NCBI GenBank assembly: GCA_018302985.1
Contig: JAGVZA010000002.1
Span: 32,228 to 96,227, forward strand
Source: Candidatus Woesearchaeota archaeon
GTDB lineage: Archaea; Nanobdellota; Nanobdellia; SCGC-AAA011-G17; UBA489
DNA length: 64,000 bases
Direction: 5' to 3'
Position 1 is the stretch's first letter, and every line of letters begins with the position of its first letter. The notes below the pieces were generated by a model. That model was not told the DNA's origin. It was given only the letters and a program-made list of their open reading frames with translations, and did no database searches. Shown piece after piece: positions 1-8,792 of this stretch. The translations under genes and the position numbers were made by a program.

Positions 1-411
1 CTAGGTGCAGAACTCATACAGGAAAAAGAAGTTGTAGAAAAAAATAAAGAAGCAATCTATAAAAAATTCCCCATTCTCCATGAACGAAGAAAACAATTAG
101 CCTTCGGTCTCAGCGGCGGTCAGCAGCAAGTGCTTGCTATTGCGCGTTCCTTAATGCAAAACCCTTCGTTATTGCTCATGGATGAACCTTCTTTAGGATT
201 ATCTCCCAAAGCACAAACAGAAATTTTTGCTACCATTAAAAAACTTAGAGATGAAGGTATTGCCATAGTTATTGTAGAACAAAATGCCAAGAAAGCTATT
301 GAACTCGCGGACAGAACTTATCTTTTGGAAGAGGGAAAAATAGTTTTGGAAGGAAATAAGTCCATAGTCAAGCATCCCAAGATTAAGAGCGTCTATTTGG
401 GCGGGGCTTAA
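1..411 (+). CDS. ABC transporter ATP-binding protein, C-terminal part (LivF-like branched-chain amino-acid family); 5' end lies outside the window
   Basis: The ORF frame continues open from nt 1: ...ERRKQLAFGLSGGQQQVLAIARSLMQNPSLLLMDEPSLGLSPK. This carries the ABC signature LSGGQ and Walker B LLLMDEP; stop TAA at 409-411. Confidence 0.8.
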   Translation, partial: LGAELIQEKEVVEKNKEAIYKKFPILHERRKQLAFGLSGGQQQVLAIARSLMQNPSLLLMDEPSLGLSPKAQTEIFATIKKLRDEGIAIVIVEQNAKKAIELADRTYLLEEGKIVLEGNKSIVKHPKIKSVYLGGA

Positions 412-550
412 GAAAACAGAGTTCTCCCTTCTTTCGTAAATATGCTCTTGCTGAGATTTTTGGCATATCCTTTAAATGATAATTAATAGTTATAGTGGTT
501 ACAGTCCTCAAAAGAAAAAGATTTTTATAGTATCTATAAATTTAGTTTAT

Positions 551-1435
551 ATGGAGCCTGTATTTTATTTTAATCCTTATGATAATCGTTTTATTCCGAG
601 CTATCATGTACCTGAAACACTCCTTACAGAAAGTCAACAAGAATTAGTAAGAGGAAAAGGTGGAGAACCCGATAATGAGTATGGGCATCAAGGTTGTTAC
701 GATCTAAGCAGAGGGGATTTTCCAAGTATTTTTTATAAAGATAGATCTATCATGATGCATGGTCATTCTGTTCCTATTATTGTTGCTTCTCTGCTTTGTA
801 TTCCAAAAGGAAGTAGGTGCTCTTTAGAAGAGATGGTGCATACAGAATATTTTAAAAAAGGTAGAACTATAGATTGTCCTTACCAAGCGGATGTGCATGC
901 AGCCCAGATGTTAGTAAAAGATATGAAAAGTTTTCCTTTAGAACCATTCTATGAACGTCTTTTCCAGCAATCGATACCTGTAACTATAGATGGGAGACTG
1001 TCTGAACAAACTGGTGCCGTCGTAGAATTTAATCCACATAGAATGATGTTCAGTGCAGAAGCAATGAAGAAACATGCAGATGATATTGACTGGTTCACAA
1101 AGGTATATTTGCACGAATGGTATCATGTTATAGAATTAGATTTAGGAACGTTTGTTGAATCTACTTTTAAGGATCATCCCAGATGGAGAATAGAACGTAA
1201 GCAAGATTCAGTATTCAAAGATAGAAAAGAATATACTGCACTAAACACTTTCAATGTAGCATGGGAATGTGAAAGAAGGGAATTCAATGATGGATGGCCC
1301 TTTGAATTTGCAGAACTGCTTGCCGCATTGACTTATTTAAAACACCCAGAACTAGTAGAGAAAGTAAGGCCTCTGCATGCACAATTACTAAGAAGAAAAG
1401 GCTATCAAAGGCACCTATTTCTGCCACATATCTAA
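551..1435 (+). CDS. hypothetical protein with HEXXH motif (possible zinc metallopeptidase)
   Basis: The ORF track gives 476..1435. The ATG at 551 (MEPVFYF) lies ~22 nt downstream of a TATA-like box (tttttatagtatctataaattt). The sequence LHEWYHVIE contains HExxH. No other recognisable domain. Confidence 0.4.
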   Translation: MEPVFYFNPYDNRFIPSYHVPETLLTESQQELVRGKGGEPDNEYGHQGCYDLSRGDFPSIFYKDRSIMMHGHSVPIIVASLLCIPKGSRCSLEEMVHTEYFKKGRTIDCPYQADVHAAQMLVKDMKSFPLEPFYERLFQQSIPVTIDGRLSEQTGAVVEFNPHRMMFSAEAMKKHADDIDWFTKVYLHEWYHVIELDLGTFVESTFKDHPRWRIERKQDSVFKDRKEYTALNTFNVAWECERREFNDGWPFEFAELLAALTYLKHPELVEKVRPLHAQLLRRKGYQRHLFLPHI

Positions 1436-1455
1436 GAAAATACAGAAAACATTTC

Positions 1456-1476
1456 TAAAAAGCTATATAAACACCA
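1456..1476 (+). promoter_or_regulatory. putative BRE/TATA-type promoter AAAAAGCTATATAAA upstream of the pilus ATPase operon
   Basis: An identical 15-mer recurs upstream of the HxlR gene at 21826..21840. About 40 nt upstream of the ATG at 1514. Confidence 0.4.
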
Positions 1477-1513
1477 GAAAACCCTATTCCTTCAGGTAAA
1501 AAGAGTGTGAAAC

Positions 1514-3085
1514 ATGGCTGAAGAAGACGCAGGTGTACCAGCACCAACGGCAGGAATTTCTTTTCATATAGACTCTGTTCCAGAAGTTATTACCCTGCCA
1601 GACGTGCATGATAAGACTCAATTGAACATAATCTATCCTTTGATTCCTCCATATGCTTTTGCTCACATCTACTGGGATCCTGCCAATGATGAATTGAGAT
1701 ATGAAGTCGAAGAGCCAAAATTAGATGATAATGAAGCTCATATTCTCAGCGTGGTAGAAAAAGGCATTGAAGAATTAATTAATATCAGTTTCATTAATGT
1801 TAAACGAACAGACGTAGTTATAGTCTATCTGGAAAAAAACATTGCAGTGTTGCTGGCGGAGTTAGGCATTAAAGTCTCAGAAGAAACTTTCTCCAAGATT
1901 ATGTATTACATTTATAGAAATTTTGTAGGTTTAAATCAGATCGAGCCTCTGATGAAAGATTATTTTATTGAAGACATCGAATGCAACGGAGTCAATGCTC
2001 CTCTGTATATCGTCCACAGAAAGTACAGGAACATCAAAACTAATATTATTTTCAAAGATCCCCAAGAATTAACTTCATTCGTAGAAAAGCTGGCGCAAAA
2101 ATGTGGTAAATATATTTCTTATGCTCATCCTATTTTGGATGGAAGACTTCCAGATAAAAGCAGAGCTAATGCTTCTTATACACAGGATATTTCTACTAGA
2201 GGTCCAGCGTTCACTATCAGAAAATTTACTGCAGAACCTTACAGCCCAACAAAACTTATGCAATTGAAAACTGTCTCTCCAGAAATGTTAGCCTACCTCT
2301 GGTTAGTTATTGAACACGAAGCTAGTTTTTTAGTCATCGGAGGAACTGGATCAGGTAAAACCTCTATGCTCAATAGTCTTGCTTTTTTCATTCCACCAGA
2401 ATCAAGAATAGTATCCATTGAAGACACTCATGAATTAAATCTTATGCATGAAAACTGGTTGCCATCAGTAGCAAGAGAAGCAACTGGCGTAGGTGCAGAA
2501 GGCAATGTTGGTGAAGTAGATCTTTTTGCCTTGCTCAAGGAATCCTTCCGTCAGCGTCCAGATTATGTTATTGTCGGTGAGATTAGAGGAAAAGAAGCTT
2601 ATGTCTTGTTCCAGGGAGCAGCCTCTGGTCACGCTGTAGCTTGTACTCTCCATGCTGAAGATGTAGACACTATGATTCGCAGATTGGAAAATGAGCCTAT
2701 TAACTTGTCAGGATCATTATTGGAAACCATTGATATTGTTTGCATTATGGGGCAAGTGCATGTCCAAGGTGAAGAAGTGCGTCGAGTCAAGGCAGTCGTA
2801 GAAATTGTCTCAGTCAGTGATAAGGGAGAAGCAATCACTAATACTCCTTTTGTCTGGGATCCAAAAACAGATTCCTTCTTTTTCAAAACTGAAAGTGTTA
2901 TGTTCAATAAGTTAGTGCAGGAATTTGGCCTGTCTCCTGAGTATTTGCAGCAGGAATTTTCCAGAAGAACAAAATTATTCATAGAATTATACAAAAGAAA
3001 TATTATTGACTATCGCGAAGTCCAAAAAATAATTAATGCTTATTATAAAACCCCGCAAGAAATAATCCGCAAATTTAATCTCTGA
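1514..3085 (+). CDS. type II/IV secretion-system family ATPase (archaeal FlaI/PilB-like or bacterial TadA/CpaF-like pilus assembly ATPase)
   Basis: 523 aa. Walker A is VIGGTGSGKTSMLNSL. The SIEDTHELNLMHENW and GEIRGKEAY motifs are typical of the FlaI/TadA/GspE superfamily. Confidence 0.85.
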   Translation: MAEEDAGVPAPTAGISFHIDSVPEVITLPDVHDKTQLNIIYPLIPPYAFAHIYWDPANDELRYEVEEPKLDDNEAHILSVVEKGIEELINISFINVKRTDVVIVYLEKNIAVLLAELGIKVSEETFSKIMYYIYRNFVGLNQIEPLMKDYFIEDIECNGVNAPLYIVHRKYRNIKTNIIFKDPQELTSFVEKLAQKCGKYISYAHPILDGRLPDKSRANASYTQDISTRGPAFTIRKFTAEPYSPTKLMQLKTVSPEMLAYLWLVIEHEASFLVIGGTGSGKTSMLNSLAFFIPPESRIVSIEDTHELNLMHENWLPSVAREATGVGAEGNVGEVDLFALLKESFRQRPDYVIVGEIRGKEAYVLFQGAASGHAVACTLHAEDVDTMIRRLENEPINLSGSLLETIDIVCIMGQVHVQGEEVRRVKAVVEIVSVSDKGEAITNTPFVWDPKTDSFFFKTESVMFNKLVQEFGLSPEYLQQEFSRRTKLFIELYKRNIIDYREVQKIINAYYKTPQEIIRKFNL

Positions 3086-3087
3086 TC

Positions 3088-4122
3088 ATGGACAATGTAC
3101 ACTCTAATAAATATATGGTATCGAAAAAGAAACGAAAGCAATACTTGCGAGACATTAATGCAGATCCCAAAGTATTAGAACGTTTGAAAGCGCCAAAAAA
3201 ACAGCAACCTCTGCAAGTTGAGTATACTGTCTACAAGCCTAATGCTTTTGGAAAAGTTGCTAACACTTTTGTAGGTTCCTCTGCACAGACTATTGAACAT
3301 CTCTTTCCTGCCTTTGCTAAAAATATTACCCATCAATTGCGCATGGCAAGCGTGAAAGTCTTGTCACAAACCTATCTGAACATGATGGTGTTTGCTCTGC
3401 TGATTACTTTCTTGATCGGTTCCATAGGCACAGTTCTAGCAGCACGTCTTGTGCAAGCTACACTAAGCACGACTATTCTGTTTGCTGCCTTAATAGGTAT
3501 AGGATTAACAGTTGTCTGTGGTGTTATTTTTGCAGTGTATCCTGCTACTGTGGTCAGCAAGCGAAGTCATCAAATAAAAAATGATTTGCCTTTTGCTATT
3601 ATTCACATGTCTACTATTGCTGGTTCTGGTGCTGAGCCTATGGCTATGTTTAAATTATTATTAAACGCAAATGAGTACAAAGGTTTGGACAGTGACGTAA
3701 AGAGAATTGTAAATTATGTCAATTTATTTGGTTATGATTTGTCTACAGCTTTGAAAACTGTTGCATCAACAACGCCTTCCAAGCAATGGAAAGATGTCTT
3801 AACTGGTATTACAACAACTATAGAATCTGGAGGATCATTAAAATCTTATCTCAGAAGTATGGCTGATGATACCATGAATGCTTATAGATTAGAAAGAAAA
3901 AAATATATAGAGACACTAGCAACTTATTCAGATATCTACACTGCAGTTTTGATTGCAGCTCCCTTGTTATTTATTGTAACTTTGGCTATTATCAATATTT
4001 TAGGAGGAACTATTGGAGGATTTTCAGTGAATACTTTGGCTAAAGCAGGAACTTATATTGTTATTCCTTTCCTGAATGTAGCATTTATTTTATTCCTCAA
4101 TATTATCAACCCCGACAAATGA
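3088..4122 (+). CDS. pilus/archaellum platform membrane protein, T2SSF domain (FlaJ/TadB-like, first half)
   Basis: 344 aa polytopic membrane protein with T2SSF-like ...ESGGSLKSYLRSMADD... region. Starts 3 nt after the ATPase stop. Confidence 0.6.
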   Translation: MDNVHSNKYMVSKKKRKQYLRDINADPKVLERLKAPKKQQPLQVEYTVYKPNAFGKVANTFVGSSAQTIEHLFPAFAKNITHQLRMASVKVLSQTYLNMMVFALLITFLIGSIGTVLAARLVQATLSTTILFAALIGIGLTVVCGVIFAVYPATVVSKRSHQIKNDLPFAIIHMSTIAGSGAEPMAMFKLLLNANEYKGLDSDVKRIVNYVNLFGYDLSTALKTVASTTPSKQWKDVLTGITTTIESGGSLKSYLRSMADDTMNAYRLERKKYIETLATYSDIYTAVLIAAPLLFIVTLAIINILGGTIGGFSVNTLAKAGTYIVIPFLNVAFILFLNIINPDK

Positions 4123-4928
4123 ACAAATTCAAACTCAGTTACATGGTGGAAATTTTTATCTCTCTGTTAGCTGTAGCCATAGATGTTTATTTCTTCTGGG
4201 GAAAACGTCCTTTTTGGCCTGTTGCTATTATAGTCCTGTCTTTAGGATGGTTGCATTTTTGGATAGATTTTTTTGCAGAGAACAAAAGGCAAAAGGAAAT
4301 TGAACTGAAATTCGTAGAGTTCGCTCGTACCTTAGTGGAATCTGTCAAATCTGGAGTTTCCATTCCTCGATCCATTATGAATATTGCTCAGAAAGATTTT
4401 GGTGCATTAAGTCCTTACTTAAAAAAATTAGCACATCAAATTGAATGGGGCATCCCAACAAGAAAAGCCTTGCTCACTTTCAGTGCAGACACTAATAATC
4501 GAGTTATCAAACGTTCAGTCTCTATTTTAGTTGAAGCAGAGCAAAGCGGCGGAGATATTTCTAATGTTTTGGAGTCTGTTGTAGAATCTGTCATCAACAT
4601 CAAGAAGATGCGTGAAGAAAGAAAATCATCAGTCTATTCGCAAATAGTGCAAGGATACATTGTCTATTTTATCTTCATTGTCATCATGCTCATCTTGCAG
4701 TTATGGTTATTCCCTAAGTTAGGTAATCTTTCTGTTGGAGGCAGCACACCAGGAGAGTTTAACTTGAATCCAACATTCTTTGGTTTAATTATGATCCAAG
4801 GATTCTTTGCAGGCATTATGATTGGAAAATTCTCTGAAGGCACTATCAAGCAAGGGGTATTGCATGCTTTAATTTTGATGACTGTTGCAGCCTTAATTAT
4901 CACCACAGTAAAGGGAAGTATTCTATGA
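4119..4928 (+). CDS. pilus/archaellum platform membrane protein, T2SSF domain (FlaJ/TadC-like, second half)
   Basis: 269 aa with T2SSF-like VESVKSGVSIPRSIMNIAQ...EQSGGDISNVLESV. Shares an ATGA start/stop overlap with the upstream gene. Confidence 0.6.
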   Translation: MNKFKLSYMVEIFISLLAVAIDVYFFWGKRPFWPVAIIVLSLGWLHFWIDFFAENKRQKEIELKFVEFARTLVESVKSGVSIPRSIMNIAQKDFGALSPYLKKLAHQIEWGIPTRKALLTFSADTNNRVIKRSVSILVEAEQSGGDISNVLESVVESVINIKKMREERKSSVYSQIVQGYIVYFIFIVIMLILQLWLFPKLGNLSVGGSTPGEFNLNPTFFGLIMIQGFFAGIMIGKFSEGTIKQGVLHALILMTVAALIITTVKGSIL

Positions 4929-5650
4929 GGGGAAAAAAAGGATTAGACTACATTGACTGGAGTATTAGTATGGGTATTTTTATTGTAGCTATCACAGCTT
5001 TATTTGTCTTTCTCAAGCCAGGAGCGCGTCCAGAACATAATCAAGATACCTTAATCAATCTTGTAGAGCAACAATTCACTAAAGAAACGCAATGGTTTGT
5101 CCATGAAACTCCCCTCTTTATAGAACATTTTCAAGCACTCTATGGTACAGGCAGTCCAGTGGAAATTAAAATAGAAGCTGATATGATGCGTTTAACCACT
5201 ATCAGACCTCCCCCAAGTAATATTTTTATAGTTTCTCCTCTCCCTGCAACTACTGTAAGATGGAATTGTAATGCAATAAATTGTGATAATACCCAGTTCA
5301 AACTATTCGGAACAACAAACACAGTACAAGAGTCAACTCAAATGGAAATAACTTGCACTCCCTTAAATGATCCTATAGCCTGCGCTGCAGTATTAGGTGC
5401 AACCATCACTCATCAAGGCATGCAGCAAAGTAAAATCACTTTATTAGGTACGCAAGACTATAATGCTATCAAAAGCACCTGGACATATCCTCTCCAAAAA
5501 GAATTTGCAATTTATCAAGATGGTCATAAGATCATCGGTGGCCAAGAGCCAGCGCAACAAGTAGAGGTGTTTGTAAAAGAAGCAAACATGAATCTGGTAG
5601 CAGCAGATGGCACACAAACTACAACAACAATTAATATTCGAGTCTGGTAA
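4925..5650 (+). CDS. pilin-like protein with N-terminal class III (prepilin-type) signal
   Basis: N-terminus MRGKKG|LDYIDWSISMGIFIVAITALFVFL: charged residues, Gly, then a hydrophobic helix. ATGA overlap with the upstream platform gene. Confidence 0.4.
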   Translation: MRGKKGLDYIDWSISMGIFIVAITALFVFLKPGARPEHNQDTLINLVEQQFTKETQWFVHETPLFIEHFQALYGTGSPVEIKIEADMMRLTTIRPPPSNIFIVSPLPATTVRWNCNAINCDNTQFKLFGTTNTVQESTQMEITCTPLNDPIACAAVLGATITHQGMQQSKITLLGTQDYNAIKSTWTYPLQKEFAIYQDGHKIIGGQEPAQQVEVFVKEANMNLVAADGTQTTTTINIRVW

Positions 5651-5651
5651 C

Positions 5652-6065
5652 ATGAACAAAAAAGGATTTGTCAGAACATTGGAAGCAGTCATTGCAGTCA
5701 TTATAGTATTAGGGATAATCTTGGTCGTAGCACCAAAACCTTCTTCACAGCAATCTGAAACTCCAGAAAGTCTCAAGGAAGCGCAATCATTTATCTTGGA
5801 TCGTATAAGCACCAATGAAGCACAGCGTACCTGTATCCAAAATTTAGCTCCAACAGCAGCTGGAGAATGCGCAGCTCTCTGTCCATCCATAGACACATTC
5901 GTACAACAAAATCAACCCAAAGGATATGACTATCGTTGTGAAATTTGTAACAGTGCAAGTACTTGTTCTAGTGCATTACCTTTGGATAAATCACTCTATA
6001 CTGATAGTAGGCTAATAGCAACAACCCCGGCAAAAGTACTTCGTTTAGTGTTCTGGGCACAATAA
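5652..6065 (+). CDS. pilin-like protein with class III signal peptide, Cys-rich C-terminal region
   Basis: The ATG at 5652 gives MNKKG|FVRTLEAVIAVIIVLGIILVVA, a typical prepilin/archaeal pilin N-terminus. The ORF-track start at 5607 is probably an over-extension. Eight Cys in the C-terminal half. Confidence 0.5.
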   Translation: MNKKGFVRTLEAVIAVIIVLGIILVVAPKPSSQQSETPESLKEAQSFILDRISTNEAQRTCIQNLAPTAAGECAALCPSIDTFVQQNQPKGYDYRCEICNSASTCSSALPLDKSLYTDSRLIATTPAKVLRLVFWAQ

Positions 6066-6938
6066 TTATTTTCTAATTTTAGCTACAAAAAATCCTTCAG
6101 TGTCTTGATACTGTGGCCAGATTCTTAGCCCTGTAGTTTGATCAGCTTTGATAGGCAAATCAATCGTTTCCAACTTGCCACCAACTTTATCCAAAAGATA
6201 CTGGACTACTTCCTCATTTTCTTCAGGCTCCAGAGAACAAGTAGAATACACAAGTGTGCCTCCAGGTTTCAATAAAGAGAAGGCATGTTTGATTAATTTC
6301 TTTTGTAATTTTGCTAAACGTTTAATAGTCCTAGGATTCCACTCAAGTAAAGTCTTTTTTGTTTGTTTAGTTTCTCCTTTAATAGTTCCAGAGGCAGAGC
6401 ACGGTGGATCCAAAAGAATCTTGTCAAAAGGATTGCCTAAATATCTTTCTGCAGCAATGCACAGTACATCAACATTAGTCACGCCACATCTCTGTAAATT
6501 CTTGCGTAAGATAGTGGCACGAAAGCTATTCGAGTCAATAGCAATAATCTGTCCTTTGTTTTGCATCATCGCAGCCATTTGAGTAGTTTTTCCGCCAGGA
6601 GCAGCGCACAATTCTAAAACTCTCTGGCCTGGTTGAGGATCTAACACAACTACAGGAAGCAGACTCACACTACTTTGCACAAAAAATAATCCTTCTTGAT
6701 GTTCTAGTAAATTCCCAATATCTCTTCTTTCTCCACTCATATAAAATCCTTCTTTGCACCAGGGAATAGATTCAAAAGTCCAGTCCTGGCGTGTTAATTG
6801 TTGAAGCAATGCTTTGATAGAAATCTTTAAGGTATTGACTCTGATAGAACGTCGTAAAAATTGTGCAACACTCTGTTGATAGGCTACAAAATCAGTTAAC
6901 TGGGAATATTTCTGTATGAATTTGTCTTTGAAGCGCAT
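6066..6938 (-). CDS. NOL1/NOP2/Sun-family RNA (cytosine-C5)-methyltransferase (small, archaeal Trm4/Nop2-like size)
   Basis: 290 aa with SAM-binding ELCAAPGGKT and the catalytic LDPPCSASGT motif (DAPCSG-type). Lacks the NusB/PUA extensions of bacterial RsmB/F. Confidence 0.85.
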   Translation of the reverse strand: MRFKDKFIQKYSQLTDFVAYQQSVAQFLRRSIRVNTLKISIKALLQQLTRQDWTFESIPWCKEGFYMSGERRDIGNLLEHQEGLFFVQSSVSLLPVVVLDPQPGQRVLELCAAPGGKTTQMAAMMQNKGQIIAIDSNSFRATILRKNLQRCGVTNVDVLCIAAERYLGNPFDKILLDPPCSASGTIKGETKQTKKTLLEWNPRTIKRLAKLQKKLIKHAFSLLKPGGTLVYSTCSLEPEENEEVVQYLLDKVGGKLETIDLPIKADQTTGLRIWPQYQDTEGFFVAKIRK

Positions 6939-7004
6939 GAGAATATCAAGAAAAAAGAGTTAATAAAGATGGCGAATAAACAGTCAACAGAAGAGTATGC
7001 TCTT

Positions 7005-7616
7005 TTATTTGGTTCTTGGTGTTTGCAGCTGTTTAAGTCTTTGAATGACTTCATCATTGGGAATACGTCTGTAGCGTTGTTCTCCGCTGCCAACATCTAA
7101 GTGCTGGTCTTCACGAACAAAAAATCCACCACTCCAACCAGGAACTTTGTAAGCAACTGCAACATCTAAAGATTGAGGTTGAACTCCGGAACGAACAAGA
7201 GTAGCAGGCATAAGTTCTGTATAGCCTAGAAGAGACATAAAAACAGAATGTGTCAAAGAATCAGTGGCATCTGCTAATAAAGTGTCTTTGAAAAGAAAAC
7301 GACGTGTCTCAAGATTCTTTTGAAGATATTCATGAATGCCTGAAAAGTATGCGATTGCAGCATCTTTATCAGTCAGAGTATTTAGTCGATAATTTATTTG
7401 TGGAGTAAAAAAAGTAACATCGAAAGCTTTCTTAAGGAATTTAAGTCTTTCTTGATCAGCAACAACTGCTAATGCTAACTGTTCTTGTTGTATCGGGCTT
7501 TGCCAGTCTAGCGGTAAATAAACGCCTTGTTCTGTTGATTGAGAATCAAGCTGTCTAGGAGAACGACTTCTTTCTGGAGTCTTACGTTTTAATCTCTCAA
7601 AAAAGTTGAAGCTCAT
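7005..7616 (-). CDS. hypothetical protein
   Basis: 203 aa ORF with no recognisable motif. A TATA-like box lies ~22 nt upstream of its ATG. Confidence 0.4.
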   Translation of the reverse strand: MSFNFFERLKRKTPERSRSPRQLDSQSTEQGVYLPLDWQSPIQQEQLALAVVADQERLKFLKKAFDVTFFTPQINYRLNTLTDKDAAIAYFSGIHEYLQKNLETRRFLFKDTLLADATDSLTHSVFMSLLGYTELMPATLVRSGVQPQSLDVAVAYKVPGWSGGFFVREDQHLDVGSGEQRYRRIPNDEVIQRLKQLQTPRTK

Positions 7617-7674
7617 ATAGATACTGAGAAATATATGTTTAAAAAGCTATCTGTTAGCTGGAAAGTAGAAAGTA

Positions 7675-7748
7675 TGCGGCAGCCGGGATTTGAACCCGGA
7701 TCATTGCCTTGGCAAGGCAATATTCTAACCAGGTTTAACTACTACCGC
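7675..7748 (-). tRNA. tRNA-Gly (anticodon GCC)
   Basis: The reverse complement folds as a cloverleaf: acceptor GCGGTAG/CTGCCGC, anticodon stem ATTGCC/GGCAAT with loop TTGCCAA, T-arm GGGTTCAAATCCC, discriminator A. No encoded CCA. Confidence 0.8.
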
Positions 7749-7874
7749 ATCCAGAATAAGACCCAAAACTGGACTATTTAAAGATTATGAGCTTCGAAAG
7801 AAAGTATGAATAAAGCGGAAAAAATGCGGTTTTTTCACCAGAAGAATTATAAATCCTAAAATGTTTGCTAATTT

Positions 7875-8069
7875 ATGGAAACAGTCACTATCCAAAAGAA
7901 AGAATATGAGAAGTTAAAGAGAATGGAATCAGAAGTAAAAAATACTAAGGAACAGCTCCAATCTTGGAAGTCAACAGCAGAAGTTCTACAAGATAAAGAA
8001 ATGATGAAAGACATTAAGGATAGTTTAGAAAATCTCAAGAAAGGAAAAATCTGGAAATCTAAATATTAA
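7875..8069 (+). CDS. hypothetical small Lys/Glu-rich protein (64 aa)
   Basis: ORF only. Convergent with the RelE-like gene, and the 3' ends overlap by 4 nt. Confidence 0.3.
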   Translation: METVTIQKKEYEKLKRMESEVKNTKEQLQSWKSTAEVLQDKEMMKDIKDSLENLKKGKIWKSKY

Positions 8070-8326
8070 TAGACAGCATTATGGGTTCCAATAGTTAAAA
8101 CTAATATTTTCTCCTGCTCATCATCAATGAGATAAACCATTCGAAGATTAGAGCTTAACCAACAACTCCAACTACCTTCTAACTCTCTATCAAGTGGATG
8201 TGCATCTAAAGCTCGTCTTGGATCTGCTTTAAGTCGTTCTAGTTTTGGAAGAATATCTTGTCTTCGAGAGACATAGTTGTAAAATCTCTTTTGTATTTTT
8301 TTCTTAAGAAAGTCAAGAGAATACAT
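8066..8326 (-). CDS. RelE/ParE-family type II toxin
   Basis: MYSLDFLKKKIQKRF...LEGSWSCWLSSNLRMVYLIDDEQEKILVLTIGTHN aligns along its whole length with the RelE/ParE fold (YFLDF..., ...YRLVY.VD...V.I..I.H). The ATG at 8326 overlaps the upstream stop (TGATG). Confidence 0.7.
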   Translation of the reverse strand: MYSLDFLKKKIQKRFYNYVSRRQDILPKLERLKADPRRALDAHPLDRELEGSWSCWLSSNLRMVYLIDDEQEKILVLTIGTHNAVY

Positions 8327-8712
8327 CAGCACCTGACCTTCATCACTGCCAACGTTTCAGGATACTTCTTGATCTTCTCTCCTAGTTGTTCATCAGTCTC
8401 AGAATGTAAAATTTCATACACAACCCCTTCAGTAATATCCAACACATCACATCTGCTTCCATTGAGAAAAATAGCTTCTGTCAGAAAATCATGTCCCATT
8501 TCTCGTAAGGAACAGCAGACCTCAACTTTCTTTGCTATGTGCTGCCAGCTTTCTCCCAGAGAAAAACGAATGCAATTAACATGGCCTCCACACCTGTTGC
8601 TAAATCTAACAAGGTTCAAAGAACTGCGAATATGTTCTCGTTTGTATTTTTGATTGAAATAGGCTCTGCGTTTTGATCGATAATAACTTGCTTTGATTTT
8701 TTCGTAGTCCAT
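8326..8712 (-). CDS. hypothetical Cys/His-rich protein, translationally coupled to the RelE/ParE gene (candidate non-canonical antitoxin)
   Basis: 128 aa with CGGHVNC...CC...C...C. Its stop TGA overlaps the RelE ATG. The start is ~50 nt downstream (on the minus strand) of conserved upstream element A and ~22 nt after a TATA-like box. Confidence 0.45.
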   Translation of the reverse strand: MDYEKIKASYYRSKRRAYFNQKYKREHIRSSLNLVRFSNRCGGHVNCIRFSLGESWQHIAKKVEVCCSLREMGHDFLTEAIFLNGSRCDVLDITEGVVYEILHSETDEQLGEKIKKYPETLAVMKVRC

Positions 8713-8746
8713 GAACTAAGAAGTTGTCTAAGATTAATATGCTTGC

Positions 8747-8792
8747 TGGAGAAAAAACCGGAAAAACAGAGAGTGAAATCGAAAGACTTGCG
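8747..8792 (-). promoter_or_regulatory. conserved upstream element copy A (GGAGAAAAAACCGGAAAAACAGAGAGTGAAATCGAAAGACTTGCGG on plus), ~50 nt upstream of the minus-strand ATG at 8712
   Basis: Near-identical (~35/40 nt) to copy B at 50537..50575. Related copies lie at 18572..18617 and 54339..54420. Confidence 0.5.

Noticed and set aside
938-1126. Numerous 60-120 aa ORFs antisense to or embedded in long genes (e.g. 938..1126-, 1484..1666-, 2075..2263-, 2629..2994-, 4664..4906-, 5444..5896-, 6148..6582+, 16284..16511-, 31793..32044-, 33551..33814-, 36889..37203-, 48615..48890-, 59702..59968-)
   Set aside because: They overlap well-supported genes on the opposite strand or in another frame, have low-complexity or Cys/Phe-rich compositions, and lack start-site signals. 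They are treated as spurious.
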